Below are positions 51,475-61,103 of a DNA stretch of 64,000 bases, one piece after another. The DNA is taken from contig JBAXQK010000004.1 of assembly GCA_037131775.1 (NCBI GenBank), forward strand, positions 11,054 to 75,053, read 5' to 3'. The DNA is from Candidatus Uhrbacteria bacterium. GTDB lineage: Bacteria; Patescibacteriota; Patescibacteriia; UBA9934; GWF2-40-263. The notes below the pieces were generated by a model. It saw nothing but the letters and a program-made list of their open reading frames with translations. It was not told the origin of the DNA and did not search any database. The translations under genes were made by a program, and so were the position numbers. Every line of letters begins with the position of its first letter. Within the stretch, counting starts at the first letter, position 1.

Positions 51475-52398
51475 CTAGGCTTTTCCCGATGATCCAAGCA
51501 GCCGCATCTTCTGGCTGACGACCTTCGCGATCAGTTCCGTCGCGGGCTTCAGGATTTCGCGCGGGTCGATGACCTTCGGATTGTCGTGGAGGAACTTGCG
51601 GACGCCCGCGTCGAACGCGATGCGGAGGTCGGTGTCGATGTTGACCTTATTGATGCCGAGCGAGACGGCCTTCCGGATGGACGCGTCGGATACCCCCTTC
51701 GCGTCCTCGATCTCGCAGCCGAACTGGACGCAGACCTTCTTAATCGCTTCCGGAACGCCGGACGCGCCATGGAGGACGAGCGGAATCTTGACGGCCGTCG
51801 CGATCTTCCTGATGCGCGCATAGTCGAGGACCGAGTCTCCGGCGAACTTGTACGCGCCGTGCTTCGTCCCGACCGCGATCGCGAGCGCGTCGCACCCCGT
51901 CCGTTTGACGAACTCGACCGCCTGTTTCGGATCCGTGAGGTTCGCGTCGCGGTCGGCGACGGTGACGAAGTCTTCGATCCCGGCGATGGCGCCAAGCTCG
52001 GCCTCGACCGAGACATTTGTCGCATGGGCAAGCGCGACGAGCTCCTTCGTCGTCGCGACGTTCTCCTCGTAGGGCAGGGAAGAGCCGTCGAACATGACGC
52101 TCCCGTAGAGTCCGCTTCGAATCGCTTTCTTAATCAGATCGACGTTCTTCCCGTGGTCGAGATGGAACGTGATCGCCCGCTTCGACCGATTCGCCGCCAG
52201 ATGCGCCAGCGCGCCGAGCTCCTCCATTCCCGCGTAATGGATCGCCCCTTCGGACGTGGACATAATCGCCGGTGATTTCTCGGCCTCGGCGGCGAGCATC
52301 ACGGCCTGGATCATCTCCAAGTTGTTGACGTTGAACGCGCCGACCGCGTAATGGCCGCGGTGCGCCTTGCCGAGGATCTGCTTGAGGGTTACCAGCAT
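51475..52398 (-). CDS. fba: Class II fructose-bisphosphate aldolase
   Basis: HLDHG, EAELG, HGAYK, LVLHGASG, KVNIDTD. Confidence 0.96.
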   Translation of the reverse strand: MLVTLKQILGKAHRGHYAVGAFNVNNLEMIQAVMLAAEAEKSPAIMSTSEGAIHYAGMEELGALAHLAANRSKRAITFHLDHGKNVDLIKKAIRSGLYGSVMFDGSSLPYEENVATTKELVALAHATNVSVEAELGAIAGIEDFVTVADRDANLTDPKQAVEFVKRTGCDALAIAVGTKHGAYKFAGDSVLDYARIRKIATAVKIPLVLHGASGVPEAIKKVCVQFGCEIEDAKGVSDASIRKAVSLGINKVNIDTDLRIAFDAGVRKFLHDNPKVIDPREILKPATELIAKVVSQKMRLLGSSGKA

Positions 52399-52437
52399 AC
52401 AGGAGGGTTAATTTGCTGAAATTATAGCAGGTTTACT

Positions 52438-52988
52438 GTTTTTCCGCAGGCGCTGCGCCCTGCACCCGCGTCACTTTCTTTGTCGGAGCACAAAGAAAGT
52501 AACCAAAGAAAGGCTCTCCGCCCGGCCATCCGCTCCTACGCCAGGACGTAAAAATCTGACTCGCTGTGGAACTCGCTTCTCGCCTGCGGGCTCGTACGCT
52601 CAGACAATCCTCGCCCGTCCTGACGGACCCGTCATTTTTTCGCACCCCGGCTGGGTCGCTCCGGCAGGGCGGCGACCGGATGGAGTTTATTGTTGCCTGC
52701 CGGCATCAGCCAAAAACCGATTGCGCAACACCGCCCGGTCGACCCGCCCTGTCGGAATGGCGGAGAGAGATGGGACGCAAAACTTGGCCGGGTTCATCAG
52801 GACGGGCGAGGATTGTCTGAGCGAAGCGGCGCATCCGGGGTAAGCGTTCGGCGATGCTAGCGAGTTCCGCAGCCGAGGCCAAGTTTTACGTCCCATCCCG
52901 CCATGGAGACCGGGCGGACGCTTTCTTTGGTCACTTTCTTTCACGGCTGAAAGAAAGTGACGCGGTGTGGCAGCCAGCCACAGGAAAA
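52438..52988. repeat. ~550-bp non-coding element of two inverted homologous halves (MITE or structured-RNA-like)
   Basis: Arms 52466-52481/52950-52965 and a perfect 27-bp pair at 52597-52623/52797-52823. Confidence 0.8.
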
Positions 52989-53018
52989 TCAAAAAAGGGG
53001 CCGAAGCCCCTCTCACAT

Positions 53019-53990
53019 TTAGATCTTTTCCGGCTTCACGCCGGGATGCTTCTTCAGATGCGACCTAATCTGCGCGATCGTTAGCAATCCCTTCGTCGGC
53101 CCGACATGCTGGACGACGCTTGCCGAGTTCGCGGATCCCCAGCGGAGCGCCGCGTCGAACGATTCGCCCCCCATGATCGCCCCGAGGTAGCCCGTGGAAA
53201 ACGCGTCCCCGGCGCCCGTCGTCTCGACCACGTGGGCCGGAAACACCGGCATGTGGCTCATCTGCGCGCCGTCGAAGTTGTACGCCCCGTTCTTGCCGTC
53301 GGTAATGACCACGTGCTTCGCGCCCAGCTTCCACAGGTCAACGGCCAGCTTGTGCACCTCCGTTGTCGCGTCCCCCGCGATCGACTGCGCTTCCTCCAGG
53401 TTGGCAAACAGGATGTCGGTGTACTTGATCAGGTCGAACAAAGGCTTCTTTTTCTCTGAAATCTGGATGCTTCCCGGGTTTAGCACGATTTTCGCGTGGC
53501 CGGCCTTCGCATACGCCGTCACGGACCGGTACAGCGTTTCGTACCCGTGTCCCATTTCGCTCACGTACATCCACTTGGTCTTCGGCATCGGCTTTGGGAA
53601 GTGGTATGCCCGATTGATATGCGATGTAAGGAGGGTGCGGTCGCCGTGGTAGTTGAGCACCACCGAGTACGCGCTCGCCTCCTTTGGCACGGTGTGGATA
53701 AGTTTGGAGGAAACCCCCTCGATCTTGAACGTCTCTATCGCCTGCGCGAGCGTCGCGTCCTTTCCCATGTTCGTCAGCACCGACGTCTTCCGCCCCATCC
53801 GCGCCAGCCCCGTCGCCACGTTCGGCGCCGTCCCCGCAATCTGCGAATGGACCACCTCCACGGCAATCTTCGCGCCATAGTCCATGCAAAGCAGGCATTC
53901 CGGCATCTTGAGCGAGCATTGGACGGACGCGCTGTTCAGCAGTACGAACGTATCGAGCTTCGTGTCTCCGATGGTGATGATATCGAGCAT
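53019..53990 (-). CDS. PfkB-family carbohydrate kinase
   Basis: AGTAPNVA, ETTGAGDAF. Confidence 0.92.
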   Translation of the reverse strand: MLDIITIGDTKLDTFVLLNSASVQCSLKMPECLLCMDYGAKIAVEVVHSQIAGTAPNVATGLARMGRKTSVLTNMGKDATLAQAIETFKIEGVSSKLIHTVPKEASAYSVVLNYHGDRTLLTSHINRAYHFPKPMPKTKWMYVSEMGHGYETLYRSVTAYAKAGHAKIVLNPGSIQISEKKKPLFDLIKYTDILFANLEEAQSIAGDATTEVHKLAVDLWKLGAKHVVITDGKNGAYNFDGAQMSHMPVFPAHVVETTGAGDAFSTGYLGAIMGGESFDAALRWGSANSASVVQHVGPTKGLLTIAQIRSHLKKHPGVKPEKI

Positions 53991-54258
53991 AGTGCGAGAA
54001 TGATACCAAGAAAATTGACGGGAGCGAAATTTTTTGGTATACTTGTCGTATGAGAACGTGGGGTCCCGAATTCTCGGGCTTCACGGTTTTTTTATTCAGT
54101 CGGTTTGCTCTCCGGCAAGAAATCATATGCGAGAAACGGAAAGCGGCGGCAAAACGCTAGCGTGAGAAGGACCGCAGCGCGAAAGAGCGTGTCTGGGAAG
54201 AAAACGGTGGATTCCAGGGAATTCGGTCGAGATAACGTCTTTCACATAATTTTACTTT

Positions 54259-54636
54259 ATGTCTCCAGAAACATCCTTCGGACACGAGCATGCAGGCAAG
54301 ATTCCGCCTTCCGTGCTCGGCATTACGTTGGGCGAGCAGCACCGTGGGAGCACGGGTCACGAGAAAACCACGGACGGCGAGGCTCAGCGTGCGCTCGCGA
54401 GAAAGCAGGCCCTGGACGCGATTGCGTCGAAGGAAAGGGAGATCTTTGCCAAGATGTCCATAACCATGGAAATGAGACTCGACCTGACGAGGATCGTTCG
54501 TGAGTTCGCGATCGAAATATCAAAGCTCAGCGCATCTGGCGACGAATTTGTGAGCGCATTGGAACGCGCGAAGAAGAATGCGGTCGCGCGGATGGAGGCG
54601 GTCCATTTCGATCGCATGGCATTCCTCGACGAATAA
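54259..54636 (+). CDS. Hypothetical protein
   Basis: 125-aa helical ORF ending at terminator 54655-54681. Confidence 0.5.
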   Translation: MSPETSFGHEHAGKIPPSVLGITLGEQHRGSTGHEKTTDGEAQRALARKQALDAIASKEREIFAKMSITMEMRLDLTRIVREFAIEISKLSASGDEFVSALERAKKNAVARMEAVHFDRMAFLDE

Positions 54637-54687
54637 GACGGTACGCTAAATACGAAAAACTGGCCATTTGGCCAGTTTTTCGTTGAA

Positions 54688-55854
54688 CTATTTCTTTGTT
54701 CGCGACTTCAGCGACAAATCCGATTTTTTTCCGCCCCACTTGCGCGGCGCCCGTGCCAGCGCCTCCTTCATCACTGCTGCCCGCATCGCGACGATCTTCT
54801 CCGCGGCCGCGGTAACGAACGGCAATGCCACCTCGACCTTCTCTCCGCGCTTTCGTCGCAGTACGCGCTCCGCGGCCATCGCGATATACGGCGCGGTAAG
54901 CCCGAACGCCTCGAGCAGCTGGTTCGGCTCTCCCGACTCTCCGAATCGGTCCGGCATGCCGACGCGCTCGACGGGGACGGGGCACAGGGCCGCGACCGTC
55001 TCGCACACGACTCCGCCGAGGCCTCCCGCCGCCTGGGCCTCCTCGACCGTCACGATCGCGCCCGTTTCCTTCGCGGCGAGGGCGATTGCCTTTGCGTCGA
55101 GCGGCTTGATCGTGTGGACGTTGAGCACGCGGGCCTCGATGCCGCGCTTCGACAGCTGCTCGGCGGCCATGAGCGCCTCGTAGAGAAGGGGACCGGTCGC
55201 GATGATCGTGAGGTCGTCGCCGAAGCGGAACGTCTCCGCGCGGCCGAGCTTGAACGGGGTCTTGTTGGTGGTGAATACCGGCGATTTCTCGCGGGCGAAG
55301 CGGAGGTATACCGGGCCGACGATTTTCGCGCCCGCCATCGTCGCCTTCTTCGCCTCGACCGCGTCGCACGGCGACACGACGATCATGTTCGGAAGGACGC
55401 GCATGATGGCGATATCTTCGGTCATCTGGTGCGTGGCTCCGTCCGGTCCGACGGACACTCCGGCGTGAGCCCCGACGATCTTCACGTTGTTGTCCGACAG
55501 CGCCGCGGTGGTACGGATCTGCTCCCAGTTCCTTCCCGGGGAGAACGCCGCGTAGCTCGCGATGAACGGAACCTTTCCGGCCATCGCCATCCCGGCCGCG
55601 ATCGCCGCCATCGACTGCTCGGACACGCCCATCTGAACGAACCGGTTCGGAAACTTCTCCTTGAACCAAAGCGCCCGAGTCGACTCAGTCAGGTCGGCAC
55701 AGAGAACGACGACGTTCTCGTCGAGCTTTGCCGCATCGACGACCCCAAGCCCGAACCCGTCGCGCGTCGGCTTCTGCTCGATCTCCTTGTCGAACAGGTT
55801 CCGGACGAGGAAGGCCTCGCGATTGAGGCCGGTAAATTTCTTTTTGGTCGCCAT
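54688..55854 (-). CDS. tktB: Transketolase, C-terminal subunit
   Basis: GVSEQ, DGATHQ, TIKPLD. Confidence 0.93.
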   Translation of the reverse strand: MATKKKFTGLNREAFLVRNLFDKEIEQKPTRDGFGLGVVDAAKLDENVVVLCADLTESTRALWFKEKFPNRFVQMGVSEQSMAAIAAGMAMAGKVPFIASYAAFSPGRNWEQIRTTAALSDNNVKIVGAHAGVSVGPDGATHQMTEDIAIMRVLPNMIVVSPCDAVEAKKATMAGAKIVGPVYLRFAREKSPVFTTNKTPFKLGRAETFRFGDDLTIIATGPLLYEALMAAEQLSKRGIEARVLNVHTIKPLDAKAIALAAKETGAIVTVEEAQAAGGLGGVVCETVAALCPVPVERVGMPDRFGESGEPNQLLEAFGLTAPYIAMAAERVLRRKRGEKVEVALPFVTAAAEKIVAMRAAVMKEALARAPRKWGGKKSDLSLKSRTKK

Positions 55855-55855
55855 A

Positions 55856-56833
55856 TTAGCGTTTCTTGTTCTTGCCCTTCGCCTTGCGAACGATCGCGAC
55901 GATTCCCCAGACGGCGAGCGCGATTGGCAGCAGGATCCCCCCGCCCACGATCACGAGCCAGACGATCGCGACGCCGAGGTTCTGCGCGATGGCAACGAGC
56001 GCCTGCGCGGCCTCCTTGGCCGTCGAGACGAGGTCGAATCCCTTGGTCGGGACGTGGATGCTGGGCTTTTCGGAAAGCGACACGTCGATCGTCGAGTACG
56101 TCGTGGCGTTCGACAGGTACTTGATGCGTCCCTGGAGCGACTCGATCGTTCCGCGGACGTTCGAGAGGTACTGTTGGACGTTCAGCGTCTCGTCCACCGT
56201 CTTCGCCTGCTTCAGGATCTCCAGATATTGCGCCTCCTGCGCCTGCGCGTTGCGAAGCTGGGCCTCGAGGTCCGAATATTGCTCGGTCACGTCCTGCCCG
56301 TTCGTCGACTCGACGTTGACGACCGTCGCGAGCGCCTTGATGGCGGTCACGGTCGTCTCGAACTTGTCGGAGGGGACGCGGACGGTCACGTAGCCGGCGT
56401 GCGTCCCATCCTGGTCCTCGGAAACGCTCGAGTTCTGCGCGTATCCGCCGGCTTTGGTCGCGAGGTCGACGATCTTCGGCGAGGTTTCCGCAACGCTTGC
56501 GACGGTCAGGCTGAGCGAGCCGGTCTTGATGATCTTCTGGTCGACCTCGGCCGCGGTCTGTCCGGCGGTCGGCGGAACCTCCGGCGGGGCGAAGCGCATC
56601 ATTCCGGGTGCCGCGATGGATCCGTCGAAGCTCGACGCGGAGTCCTGGGTGATCGCGAACTCCGGAGCGCCCGCCGACGATCCGAACATCATCGGGGCGA
56701 CGGACGAGGTCGTGAGCTTGTTCATCATCCCGAACGGAAGGTTGACGGTCGAGGATGTGGTGAGTAGGAGTAGGGTGGACAGGATGACGACGACGGCTCC
56801 GGCGGCGATCCAGGCGACGGTTTGTTTTTGCAT
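55856..56833 (-). CDS. DUF4349 membrane-anchored coiled-coil protein
   Basis: KIIKTGSL, VRVPS, DVTEQYSDLEA, IESLQGR. Confidence 0.85.
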   Translation of the reverse strand: MQKQTVAWIAAGAVVVILSTLLLLTTSSTVNLPFGMMNKLTTSSVAPMMFGSSAGAPEFAITQDSASSFDGSIAAPGMMRFAPPEVPPTAGQTAAEVDQKIIKTGSLSLTVASVAETSPKIVDLATKAGGYAQNSSVSEDQDGTHAGYVTVRVPSDKFETTVTAIKALATVVNVESTNGQDVTEQYSDLEAQLRNAQAQEAQYLEILKQAKTVDETLNVQQYLSNVRGTIESLQGRIKYLSNATTYSTIDVSLSEKPSIHVPTKGFDLVSTAKEAAQALVAIAQNLGVAIVWLVIVGGGILLPIALAVWGIVAIVRKAKGKNKKR

Positions 56834-56834
56834 A

Positions 56835-57734
56835 TTATTCGTGTTCGCTCATTATCTTGCCCCCAAGCGTGCGGATCTGGTCTATCGCCATGCTTGATTC
56901 TCCTCCGGCCTTCGGTGGCATGCCGTGCCAGCGGAAGTCGTACTCCATGAACTCGACGCCATAGCCCGGGATCGTATCGGCGAGGATCACGGTCGGCTTC
57001 TCGGAGACCCCGTGCGCCCGCTCGATGGCGGTGACGAAGTCTCGGATCGAGTTCCCCGCGCAGCGCTCGACGTGCAGGCCGAACGATTCGAACTTGGCGG
57101 CGAGCGGCTCGAGCGGCATGATGTCCTCCGTCGTCCCGTCGATCTGGATGTTGTTCCGGTCGACGATGAACGTGAGGTTGTACAGCCGGTTGCGGCCAGC
57201 GAACAGCATCGCCTCCCAAGTGATCCCGCATCCGAGCTCGCCGTCGGACATCACGCAGTAGACGCGCCATGGGGAACGGTCGAGCAGTGCGGCGTAGGCG
57301 AGACCGACGGCCTGGCTCGATCCGTCGCCGAGCGGACCCGCCGTGTTCTCGACGCCGGGAAGGGCCGCGCGGTCGGGGTGTCCCTGGAGGCGGGAACCGA
57401 GCTTGCGGAGGGTCATCATCTCCGCCTTCGGGAAATACCCGGCGTGGGCGAGCGCGGCATACTGAACCGGGCAGATGTGGCCGTTCGAGAGGACGAGGCG
57501 GTCCCGGTCCTTCCAGTTTGGCTTCTTCGGATCGTGGACCATCACGTGGAAGTACAGCGCCGCGAACACGTCGGCCATCCCGAGCGGACCGGCCGAGTGC
57601 CCGCTTCCGGCCTCGACCAGCATGTCGATGATGTCCTCGCGGATCGCGGTGGCGCGCTCCTCGAGCTGCTTGAGCTTGCGGTCGTGCAGGTGAAGGTCGT
57701 TGCGGATTTTGGGGCCAAGGGTGAGGTTCGGCAT
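56835..57734 (-). CDS. tktA: Transketolase, N-terminal subunit
   Basis: AGSGH, RDRLVLSNGH, LQGHP, SDGE. Confidence 0.93.
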   Translation of the reverse strand: MPNLTLGPKIRNDLHLHDRKLKQLEERATAIREDIIDMLVEAGSGHSAGPLGMADVFAALYFHVMVHDPKKPNWKDRDRLVLSNGHICPVQYAALAHAGYFPKAEMMTLRKLGSRLQGHPDRAALPGVENTAGPLGDGSSQAVGLAYAALLDRSPWRVYCVMSDGELGCGITWEAMLFAGRNRLYNLTFIVDRNNIQIDGTTEDIMPLEPLAAKFESFGLHVERCAGNSIRDFVTAIERAHGVSEKPTVILADTIPGYGVEFMEYDFRWHGMPPKAGGESSMAIDQIRTLGGKIMSEHE

Positions 57735-57786
57735 AGTGCGTCGATTATACCAAGAAAAAACCTGGCTCGATACACGAGCCAGGTTT

Positions 57787-58578
57787 CTATTCTACGATGA
57801 TCGTCGCCTTCATCTCCGGATGGTAGCTGCAGAAGTACGTGTACGTCCCGGCGACGTTGAAATAGCGGGCGAAGTTGCCTCCGGACTGGATCGTTCCCGT
57901 TCCCCAGGACAGGTCGGTGGCGGTGGCCGTGTGCTTGTTGGCGCCATTGTTGTACCAGCGGACGGCCGTCCCCGCCTTGATGGTGACGGACGCGTTGTCG
58001 TAGAAGTCGTCGGAGACGTTGAGGACGGTCGCCGGCTTCAGTCGCTTGTCCTCGTCAATGCTGGCCGTGGACGCGGAAACGGACGCGGGAACGAAGTCCG
58101 TCGACGTCTCGATGTTCGATCCGGTGCGGTAGTTGCCGAAGAAGGCGTCGGGCACGTCGTCGATCTTCGTGTTCCAGTCGGAGCCATACATCGCGATCGC
58201 CAGATCCTCGGTCGTCACCCAGCGCAGCGATCCGCTCTCGTCGACCGCGTATACCTTAGGGTCCGAGTTTATTTTTACCATGCGCGCCCCCGGCTTGTAC
58301 GTGACGTTCCCTCCGATCTGGATCTTCGACAGGTCGGCGTCGCTCACGAACTTTACGGACGCGAAGTTCGCGTACCAGGTAAAGTACGTCTTGTCGTTCG
58401 GGAACACATAGCGGTATCCGTCGCGGCCGAGATAGTAGACGGCGGCAAAGGTCGTTCCCCGAATCAGGCTTCCTGGCTGGATTTGGACGATCGGGGTGAT
58501 GGTCGCGGCAAATGCAAAAGAGGGAATGAAACTTACGAGAATCGCAGCAATTGCAAGAAAAGCGGGGAATCGTTTCAT
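57787..58578 (-). CDS. Exported protein: CPR repeat domain plus cupredoxin (type-1 Cu site)
   Basis: H..YFCSYHPEM. Confidence 0.85.
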   Translation of the reverse strand: MKRFPAFLAIAAILVSFIPSFAFAATITPIVQIQPGSLIRGTTFAAVYYLGRDGYRYVFPNDKTYFTWYANFASVKFVSDADLSKIQIGGNVTYKPGARMVKINSDPKVYAVDESGSLRWVTTEDLAIAMYGSDWNTKIDDVPDAFFGNYRTGSNIETSTDFVPASVSASTASIDEDKRLKPATVLNVSDDFYDNASVTIKAGTAVRWYNNGANKHTATATDLSWGTGTIQSGGNFARYFNVAGTYTYFCSYHPEMKATIIVE

Positions 58579-58661
58579 AGGCAACCCCAGTATATCATCT
58601 GGCGGGCCAAACGAAAACGGGGCGCTAGGCCCCGTTTTTCTATCCTGCCGCATCCTTCGGA

Positions 58662-59447
58662 CTATTCGACGATCAGGTCGCTGGTCATCGAGGAATGGTA
58701 GTTGCAGTGGAAGTTCCATTCTCCCGAGGCCTTGAAGTACTTGGTGAACGACTGGCCCGCGGTCAGCGTTCCCGTTCCCCAGGACTCGTCGTCCGCCGTG
58801 GCCGTGTGGCTCGTGGCACCACTGTTCACGAAGCGGACGGCCGTTCCCGCCTGGATCGTGTAGGACGACTTGGCATAGCCGCTGTCCGAAATGTCCACGA
58901 TCGTCGGGGCCTTCAGGCTCTTGTCATGGTTGATGTCCGTGGCTCCGGCGGAGGCATCGGCCGGGACGAAGTCTCCGGAGGCCTCGATGTCTGCCCCCTT
59001 CTGGTAGTTGCCGAAGAACGCGTCCGCGACGTCGTCGATCTTCGTGTTCCAGTTTGACCCGAACATGGCGACGGCGACCGTCTCGGAGGTGACCCAGCGA
59101 AGCATTCCGTTCTCATCGACCGCGTACGTCTTCGGGTCCGAGTTGATCTTGACCATCCTGGATCCCGGCTTGTACGTCACGTTTCCGCCGATCTGGATCG
59201 TGCCAAGGTCGGCGTCCGAGATCGTCTTTACCGTGTCGAAGTTGGAATACCAGGTGAAGTACGTCTTGTCGTTCGGGAACACGTAGCGGAATCCGTCCAC
59301 GCCGTAGTAGTACACGGCGTTGAAGGACGTGCCGCGGATGAGGTCGCCCGAGTGCAGGCTGGTAATCGCCGTGGTGGCCGCGTGGACCGGGACGCCGAAG
59401 CCGGCCAGGAGGCCGACGATGGCGAAGACGGAGAGGAATTTCTTCAT
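58662..59447 (-). CDS. Tandem paralog: CPR repeat domain plus cupredoxin
   Basis: H..FHCNYHSSM; long shared blocks with the preceding gene. Confidence 0.85.
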   Translation of the reverse strand: MKKFLSVFAIVGLLAGFGVPVHAATTAITSLHSGDLIRGTSFNAVYYYGVDGFRYVFPNDKTYFTWYSNFDTVKTISDADLGTIQIGGNVTYKPGSRMVKINSDPKTYAVDENGMLRWVTSETVAVAMFGSNWNTKIDDVADAFFGNYQKGADIEASGDFVPADASAGATDINHDKSLKAPTIVDISDSGYAKSSYTIQAGTAVRFVNSGATSHTATADDESWGTGTLTAGQSFTKYFKASGEWNFHCNYHSSMTSDLIVE

Positions 59448-59463
59448 AGCGTTTGTTCGCGGA

Positions 59464-60132
59464 TTAGGATGCTTGGATAATAGCACGATCCTTGAGCCGT
59501 CTCAAGGCGGCCACGGGATCGGAATCGCCGAAGATCGCGGAGGCCGCGCAGCATCGGGTCGCCCCGGCCGCGACAAGGCTTGGCAACCGCTCGAGCGTCA
59601 CGCCCCCGTCTATCTCTATCGCCAAATCGGCCCGATGGTTGCGCGCCGCGCGGATTTTCTGCAAGAGGTAGTCGCCGACGTATGGTTTTCCCGATGCCCC
59701 AGGATGAACTCCCATCACGAGAAGCGCGTCGATGTGGTGCAGGACGCTCTCGATGTCCTTCAGCGGCGTCTCGGGGTTGATCGCGACGCCACCCTCGAGC
59801 TTGAGGAATTCGCGCACGTGTTCCAGCACCGCCCCGACCGGCCGGGAAATCTCCGCGTGGATGATCGCGCGGACGGTGTTCTTCACGTGCTCGTGCCATG
59901 CCTCGACGATCGGCAGCGGGTTCTCGACCATCAGGTGCAGCTCGTACTTCACGTTCGTCCGCATCGCCGCCACGGCCCGCGCGTCGTGCCACGAGGTGTT
60001 TCCGAACATCGACCCATCGAGAACGTCGACGTGCACCGTCTCGCAGTCGTTCTCGACGAGGCGCAGTTTTCGTTCGAACTCGGCCGCGGACTCGACGAGG
60101 AGGGAAGGGATGATCTCAAGTTGGGGGCGCAT
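59464..60132 (-). CDS. rpe: Ribulose-phosphate 3-epimerase
   Basis: IIPSLL, HVDVLDG, HLMV, MGVHPG, IDGG; start lies within the repeat arm. Confidence 0.93.
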   Translation of the reverse strand: MRPQLEIIPSLLVESAAEFERKLRLVENDCETVHVDVLDGSMFGNTSWHDARAVAAMRTNVKYELHLMVENPLPIVEAWHEHVKNTVRAIIHAEISRPVGAVLEHVREFLKLEGGVAINPETPLKDIESVLHHIDALLVMGVHPGASGKPYVGDYLLQKIRAARNHRADLAIEIDGGVTLERLPSLVAAGATRCCAASAIFGDSDPVAALRRLKDRAIIQAS

Positions 60133-60577
60133 GGGGGTCATAAGGCGCATTGGGCGCATTGGGGTTAGCGGGTGGCGCAGTCGTCGGCTGTTGCTTGCTC
60201 AGTGTGAATTTCCAAAGTAGAAATGCCGCCTTGCTTCGGGTCTCCTCAATCTGGTCGTACTCAGCCTGATTGAAATATCCTAAGTCCCTTGCGAGCTCCA
60301 GTAGGTATTCGGTCTCCGTAAGCGATCCCGCCGCGATGTCTAAGTATCGGAGTAACTCCTTGGGGGAATGTTTGGCATAACCTTCCACCATGTTCGTCGG
60401 GACGGAAACCGCGGCTCTTCGCAACTGACTGGTCAGCGCATACCGTTCGTGGGTGGGAAACGATTCCGTCATCGCATACATTTGTAACGCATATGCGTGC
60501 GCGGCATGCCACGCGACAAGTTGACGGTACGGTTTCTTTGCTCGGTGTTGTACTGGATCCATGGTCATATTCCCCAT
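60116..60577 (-). CDS. Four-helix-bundle protein (23S-IVS protein/Avd-like family)
   Basis: YRQLVAW..FPTHERYALTSQLRRAAVSVPTNMVEG..IAAGSLTE. Confidence 0.9.
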   Translation of the reverse strand: MGNMTMDPVQHRAKKPYRQLVAWHAAHAYALQMYAMTESFPTHERYALTSQLRRAAVSVPTNMVEGYAKHSPKELLRYLDIAAGSLTETEYLLELARDLGYFNQAEYDQIEETRSKAAFLLWKFTLSKQQPTTAPPANPNAPNAPYDPHAPPT

Positions 60578-60612
60578 GCGCCCAATGAGCCTTATGCGCC
60601 AAATGCGCCCAA
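60121..60612. repeat. Inverted arrays of ~9-nt ATGCGCCCA repeats flanking the four-helix-bundle gene
   Basis: Arms 60121-60164 and 60572-60612 are near reverse complements. Confidence 0.85.
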
Positions 60613-60613
60613 A

Positions 60614-61078
60614 CTATCCCCCAAACTCCTGGCTCTCAATCTCGTCGACCTTCTTGAGGCGTCGGACGTGCCTTTCTTCCCCGGAAAACGGGGTATCGAG
60701 CCAATGCTGGACGATTTCGAGCGCCTCTTTCGTCGAAAGGAAACGGCCCGGGAGGCAGAGCACGTTGGAATCGTCGTCCGTCCGGCTGGTGCGCGCCACC
60801 TCCGCGTTGAACCCCGTCGCCGCACGCACCCCGCGCACCTTGTTTGCCACGATGCAGATTCCCTGCGCGTTCCCGCACATCACGATTCCGCGCGCGTTCC
60901 CGTCCGTCATCACGCGCTTGGCGACGGCATAGCCGAAGTCCGGATAGTCGTCGTTCGCCACCATGTTGTCGTTCCCCATGTCGACGACGGTATACCCGTT
61001 TTCCTTGAGATACGTGGTGACGGCCTCCTTCGTCTCAAATCCCGCGTGGTCCGCTCCAAGATAGATGGTTGGTTTCAT
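60614..61078 (-). CDS. rpiB: Ribose-5-phosphate isomerase B
   Basis: GADHAG, DDYPD, ANKVRGVRA, ERHVRR. Confidence 0.95.
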   Translation of the reverse strand: MKPTIYLGADHAGFETKEAVTTYLKENGYTVVDMGNDNMVANDDYPDFGYAVAKRVMTDGNARGIVMCGNAQGICIVANKVRGVRAATGFNAEVARTSRTDDDSNVLCLPGRFLSTKEALEIVQHWLDTPFSGEERHVRRLKKVDEIESQEFGG

Positions 61079-61103
61079 ACGGGTGAGATTATACACGATT
61101 CCC

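Noticed and set aside
54239-54267. dif-like site (ACATAA-7-TTATGT)
   Set aside because: The spacer is 7 nt rather than 6, the XerC arm is poor, and it overlaps an ORF start; insufficient support.
60116-60577. Diversity-generating retroelement suggested by the Avd-like gene
   Set aside because: No reverse transcriptase and no TR/VR pair with A-specific mismatches seen.
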